Shown here in pieces: positions 63,870-64,000 of a stretch of 64,000 bases of DNA (position 1 is the stretch's first letter; each line of letters opens with the position of its first letter). A model generated the notes under the pieces. It saw only the letters and a program-made list of their open reading frames with translations, had not been told where the DNA came from and did no database searches. This DNA is from Protoeuglena noctilucae (Eukaryota). The stretch spans positions 248,001 through 312,000 of the forward strand of contig OY253673.1 of assembly GCA_958009085.1 (NCBI GenBank), read 5' to 3'. A program made the translations under genes and the position numbers.

Positions 63870-64000
63870 GGCGTCCTGCTCCCCTCGAGCGCACTCGGCG
63901 CCTCGATCCACGCGCCAGAGATGGCGAGATCGAGCTTTGGGACCTTCTTGATGAAGCGCTCGCCGATTCCTGGGCGCCAATTCCTCCCCCCGCCAACGAT

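Noticed and set aside
1..64000. Non-standard nuclear code (TAA/TAG read as Gln, as in some ulvophytes)
   Set aside because: Conserved genes end at TAG (DMC1, ARC6, EAPP), TAA and TGA at the expected positions, and I saw no in-frame TAR codons in conserved exons.

Overview
GC-rich, gene-dense eukaryotic nuclear DNA read with the standard genetic code, with many short spliceosomal introns. The source is most likely a green alga (chlorophyte), based on plastid-type ARC6, DnaJ-ferredoxin, plastid G3P dehydrogenase, a plant-type Twinkle and a nuclear SDH3. I assembled 24 intron-containing genes by eye: FAD monooxygenase, EAPP, CINP-like, MON2, telobox Myb, TLC, DHH/DHHA1 phosphoesterase, bL27, F-box/WD40, cathepsin Z, DMC1, DnaJ-Fer, SDH3, ATP synthase gamma, DeSI/PPPDE, RSM22/METTL17, GPDH, LplA-like, a prohead-protease homolog, one unknown, ARC6, bZIP, Twinkle and MATH-ankyrin. 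Most entries in the ORF track are GC-driven shadow ORFs. The standout is a 5-exon gene at 41537-42977 (minus strand) that the ORF track largely misses. It encodes a T4 gp21-like phage prohead (capsid maturation) protease domain with His/Ser/Asp motifs, preceded by an MGCVCS myristoylation/palmitoylation-type N-terminus, which suggests a domesticated, membrane-anchored viral protease. Other notable patterns are at least 13 GC-AG introns, repeated duplications of splice junctions inside introns at 54-60 kb, and very short spacers between co-oriented genes. All gene models are manual; no database searches were run.
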